In this document: piece after piece, positions 60,557 through 64,000 of the stretch
Layout: every line of letters begins with the position of its first letter
Position numbering within the stretch: position 1 is the stretch's first letter
From: Escherichia coli
GTDB lineage: Bacteria; Pseudomonadota; Gammaproteobacteria; Enterobacterales; Enterobacteriaceae
Length of the DNA: 64,000 nucleotides
Reading direction: 5' to 3' (one strand)
Assembly: GCF_046105845.1 (NCBI RefSeq)
Contig: NZ_CP151004.1
The notes under the pieces: model-generated
What the model was told of the DNA's origin: nothing
Databases searched by the model: none
Seen by the model: only the letters and a program-made list of their open reading frames with translations
Translations under genes and position numbers: made by a program

Positions 60557-61105
60557 CTACCAGTGCCGTGCTGGCCCGGTATCAATATGCACAAAGTTAC
60601 TACGTGGGTAATATCCTACACCACCTGCGCGCATAGATAACGCGGCTTTGCGAATATTGCTTAACGCGATACCTTCAATATGGAAATCCATCGCCTGCCC
60701 TTTCGTGTGATAGCTTTTCTTCGCTACTCCACGGCTGCGGGCGCGTAGTTCATTGTTGGTATCAATAGAGCGATAACCGGAAATGAGTTGCACCGGTTTG
60801 CGGGTACCTAATAACCCTTGCAGGCGATACAACTGATCGAATAATCCTGGGTCGATGGACTTTATTTTGTTCGCGCGGTAATCGCGGAAAAAATGGTTAA
60901 GTTTTGCCAATTCTTCCTGAATATAGCCTCTGCCATCGAAAAACTCCGCTTTGATTGACTCTCCGGTATGAAGATTATTGAGTGTCAAAATGCGCGGGCG
61001 TGGGGTAGAGAGTGTTGCAAACGCAGGGGTCGGCAGGATGGCGGCACCGAGTGCAACGCCACCAAGCGCCAGCAGTTTGCGGCGATTAGCGTCGAATTTG
61101 TCCAT
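60557..61105 (-). CDS. ycbK: Peptidoglycan L,D-endopeptidase YcbK (MepK), Tat-exported
   Basis: ORF trimmed to MDKFDANRRKLLALGGVALGAAILPTPAFA (182 aa); twin-arginine signal. Confidence 0.9.
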   Translation of the reverse strand: MDKFDANRRKLLALGGVALGAAILPTPAFATLSTPRPRILTLNNLHTGESIKAEFFDGRGYIQEELAKLNHFFRDYRANKIKSIDPGLFDQLYRLQGLLGTRKPVQLISGYRSIDTNNELRARSRGVAKKSYHTKGQAMDFHIEGIALSNIRKAALSMRAGGVGYYPRSNFVHIDTGPARHW

Positions 61106-61285
61106 GATAATCAAGTCTACAGGTCAATGTTATCGTTTATATGCACTTCTGGCGCACAAGAGGCACCTTAACCGCCCGTAAAGCAGACGTCAAGATGACT
61201 CAACCCCAGCAGTGACGGGGGCTGCAGAGAATCGCCCCCTATCATGCTAATTATTACGACAACTGATTTCCCCGAACTGCTTCAT

Positions 61286-63133
61286 TTACCTGATTAATTG
61301 TTCCGCTTTCGATACGATTTGCGAGCTGGATCGCGCAGGCAGATCATAATTGTAAATATCTGTACGATACTGGGTGCGACCATCTGCACCAACAAAGGCC
61401 GTCAGGTAGTAGAGATTCACCGGAATCGACTGCCGAATATTGACGTAACGCGTATCGCCCTGCTTCAGCGCATCAGAAATACGTTTGTCATTCCATCCTG
61501 CATCCTGCAACAGCATATTCGCCAGATCGGAAGCTTTATTCACTCGTACACAGCCTGAGCTCAATGCGCGTGTATCACGCTTGAACAGATTGTGGTTCGG
61601 CGTGTCATGCAAATAAATGGCCTCTGAACTCGGCATATTGAATTTATAGCGCCCCAGCGAGTTCCGTGGGCCTGGAGCCTGCTGGAATCGAAACGGTAAA
61701 TTCGAGTCCGTGATTGTAGACCAGTCAACCTGCCATGGGTCAATCGCTTCTCTGCTGTTCCAGCCGCGCATCACCGTATAGCCATGGCTTTCGAGATATC
61801 CCGGATCGTTGCGCACTTTCGGCAGAATATCTTTGCGTGCCAGAGTTGGTGGTACGTTCCACGGCGGGTTTACCACTACGTTGTTAAGTGCACTGCTCAT
61901 CATCGGCGTTTTGCGATCGGGGCGACCGACAATGACTCGCGAATCCAGCACCTGATTGCCGTTCTGATAGTAGACCAGCGAATAGGCCGGAATGTTAACC
62001 ATGATCCCGGTAGAAAGCTCTGTTGGCAGCAAGCGCAATCGCTGGATATTGAGTGCCAACACGCCAGCACGCTGGGCGGGCGTTACGTTTAACCAGTCAC
62101 GCGTTGCCGGGCCAATAGCGCCATCTGCTCCCAATCCTTGCCATGCCTGAAAACGTTTAACGGCTTCCACCAGTTCATTATCGTAGGCGGCACGAACGGC
62201 AGGCGCAGGTTTACTACGAGACGTCGTTTGCTTGTCCATCGGCTTAGTTTCTGCTGTTTCAACAGTAACAGCGGATGGGCTGACTACCGCGTCAGTTGGC
62301 GTGTCATCGCCAGGTAGAGTAATTTTCGGCCCCCCGTCCAGCATGCCTGTACGCTGCAATATTTCGCGCAACGCAGGTACGTCGTTACTCCACTGTCCCG
62401 GGCGCAACGTTGCTTTGCCGGTCAGTTGGGGCCACGGTTTAGTGTCACTGAGTAAGGCCAGTAAAGATTCATGCATCGCCGCATATTGCGGATGCTGCGG
62501 TGCCAGTCCTGCAACAAACGTCGGCAATTGACCTTTATCCAGCGCCAGCTGCCATTGGTTAATCACCGAGAGCGGCGGCGTTGCAAGCGCATAAGGTTTA
62601 CTGCTATATAGCCAGCGAGTGCCTTTGACCGGAATATTTGCAATGAAATGGAGATAGCCCATCATTGCATCAGAGAGCACCACGTCGCGTGCCATCCCGT
62701 TAACACCAGGATCGGTCAGTAACTCTACCCATTTATTAAACTGCGGCTGGAAACCGGCAATCGCCACCTCTGCCAGCTGTTGCTGGAAGGCTTTAACAGC
62801 ATCACGGTTTTCCCACATGGGTTGCATATCGCGTGCGGCATACAACAGTTGAAGCTGGTTAAGATAAACCGGCTTATAACCTGCGGGTAATTGAGATTCG
62901 ATTTGCGTGCGGGCTTTTTCTGCCGCACCTTCAGGCAATGGCTGGATCCCCGCCATAATTGCCGTGGCTTGCGCCTGCGGCAGTGCCTCGCCCTGTTCAC
63001 TGACAGCCACCGGGCTGTCGCCAGGGATTACTTCAGGCTCATCGGCCTGCGCATTGAACAGTGGAGCGAATGTTACGGCCAGGCACAAACTGATTGCCGA
63101 CAGCCGACGACCACACATCATATTAAGCAACAT
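61286..63133 (-). CDS. ldtD: L,D-transpeptidase LdtD (YcbB)
   Basis: 615-aa ORF with signal peptide and YkuD-type catalytic region (LSSGCVRV). Confidence 0.95.
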   Translation of the reverse strand: MLLNMMCGRRLSAISLCLAVTFAPLFNAQADEPEVIPGDSPVAVSEQGEALPQAQATAIMAGIQPLPEGAAEKARTQIESQLPAGYKPVYLNQLQLLYAARDMQPMWENRDAVKAFQQQLAEVAIAGFQPQFNKWVELLTDPGVNGMARDVVLSDAMMGYLHFIANIPVKGTRWLYSSKPYALATPPLSVINQWQLALDKGQLPTFVAGLAPQHPQYAAMHESLLALLSDTKPWPQLTGKATLRPGQWSNDVPALREILQRTGMLDGGPKITLPGDDTPTDAVVSPSAVTVETAETKPMDKQTTSRSKPAPAVRAAYDNELVEAVKRFQAWQGLGADGAIGPATRDWLNVTPAQRAGVLALNIQRLRLLPTELSTGIMVNIPAYSLVYYQNGNQVLDSRVIVGRPDRKTPMMSSALNNVVVNPPWNVPPTLARKDILPKVRNDPGYLESHGYTVMRGWNSREAIDPWQVDWSTITDSNLPFRFQQAPGPRNSLGRYKFNMPSSEAIYLHDTPNHNLFKRDTRALSSGCVRVNKASDLANMLLQDAGWNDKRISDALKQGDTRYVNIRQSIPVNLYYLTAFVGADGRTQYRTDIYNYDLPARSSSQIVSKAEQLIR

Positions 63134-63367
63134 CCCTTGCCCCCTGTTTTTATCATACTCTGAATAGCCAGGCTGTTATTTTACGACTTGCCTGTACAAC
63201 GCCAATACTCACGAAAGTATGACGAGCAAGCCTGTTACTCATCAGGCTTATCTTCAGTATATAAACGCCGATACGTTTTTACATAACCTAATGTAAAGAA
63301 GTTTAAAGAAAAGCGCGCCGTAATGTGCCACTTTTTTAGTGCAGCAACGGAGTTTTCGGAAAAAGAA

Positions 63368-63389
63368 AAGGCGGCATCGCTGCCGCCTT
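63368..63389 (-). terminator. Rho-independent terminator after mukB
   Basis: AAGGCGGCA-tcgc-TGCCGCCTT followed on the minus strand by TTTTCTTTTTCC. Confidence 0.6.
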
Positions 63390-63393
63390 AAAC

Positions 63394-64000
63394 CTAGCTC
63401 GCCTGGGAAGGCGCTTCGTCAGTTCCTGGAAGCGTTTCAGGGAGTTGCGGCGCAAATCCTCGCAGGCCGACGACGTGAACGTGTTCGGTATTCTGGAAGA
63501 CTTTACGCACCAGTTTATAGGTGGTGCCTTTTTCCGGGCTGATATTTTCCGGCGCTGCGATGATGAGCTGCATTTGCAAACGTTCACACAATTCAAACAG
63601 CGTGGCGATAGAACGAGCATCCAGTCGCGCTGCTTCATCGAGGAACAGCAGGCGGCAAGGAGAGATATCTTTACCGCGCAGGCGGCGAGATTCATCCTCC
63701 CAGCTTTGTACCACCATCACCAGAATCGACATACCGGTACCAATCGCCTCACCGGTGGACAATGCACCAGACTCTGCGCGCAGCCAGCCATCGGAACCAC
63801 GATTAACCTCAACTTCCATTTCCAGATAGTTGCGGTAATCCAGCAGTTCTTCGCCAATGGTCTGCGGCGTGCGCTGCCCCATATCAATCTGCGGATTAAG
63901 ACGCTGATACAATTTCGCCAGCGCTTCTGAGAAGGTCAGACGGTTGCTGTTAAACAGATCCTGATGTTGCTCATGCTGTTCAGAGAGCACATCCAGCAGC
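63394..64000 (-). CDS. mukB: Chromosome partition protein MukB, C-terminal fragment (gene continues beyond window end)
   Basis: Minus-strand frame open to the window edge, ending ...[25 protein letters not shown]; recognised as MukB C-terminal head domain. Confidence 0.93.
   Translation of the reverse strand, partial: LLDVLSEQHEQHQDLFNSNRLTFSEALAKLYQRLNPQIDMGQRTPQTIGEELLDYRNYLEMEVEVNRGSDGWLRAESGALSTGEAIGTGMSILVMVVQSWEDESRRLRGKDISPCRLLFLDEAARLDARSIATLFELCERLQMQLIIAAPENISPEKGTTYKLVRKVFQNTEHVHVVGLRGFAPQLPETLPGTDEAPSQAS

Noticed and set aside
61200-61285. GGGGGC...GCCCCC inverted repeat downstream of ldtD
   Set aside because: Long loop and no U-tract on the relevant strand; not convincing as an intrinsic terminator or functional element.

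Overview
Read by eye, this 64 kb window is a contiguous piece of Escherichia coli core chromosome: the K-12 interval from the 3' end of mukB to etk, in reverse orientation relative to K-12 numbering. I recognise about 59 protein genes plus tRNA-Ser serT. In window order they are etk; appA-appX-appB-appC (cytochrome bd-II and phytase); hyaFEDCBA (hydrogenase 1); serT; yccA; tusE; acyP; rlmI; hspQ; yccU; yccT; mgsA; helD; yccF; yccS; sxy; sulA; ompA; matP; ycbZ; fabA; rmf; pqiCBA; uup; rlmL; ycbX; zapC; pyrD; the elfADCG-ycbUVF chaperone-usher fimbrial operon; ssuEADCB; pepN; pncB; asnS; ompF; aspC; ycbL; ycbK; ldtD; and a partial mukB. After trimming ORF-track N-terminal extensions, reading-frame lengths match the K-12 proteins as I remember them, and gene order is unbroken. 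I see no transposase, integrase, phage gene, CRISPR array or composition-anomalous insertion, including around serT. I therefore find no evidence of a previously undescribed system here. The points worth a second look are modest: divergent surface-loop alleles of OmpF (and slightly OmpA), two real small genes the ORF track misses (appX, rmf), overlapping convergent gene ends (yccS/sxy, tusE/acyP), a perfect palindrome in the sxy leader, and compact operators (sulA LexA box, fabA FadR/FabR sites overlapping the ycbZ stop codon, ompF OmpR boxes). All identifications are from memory and pattern recognition on the sequence; no database search was run.
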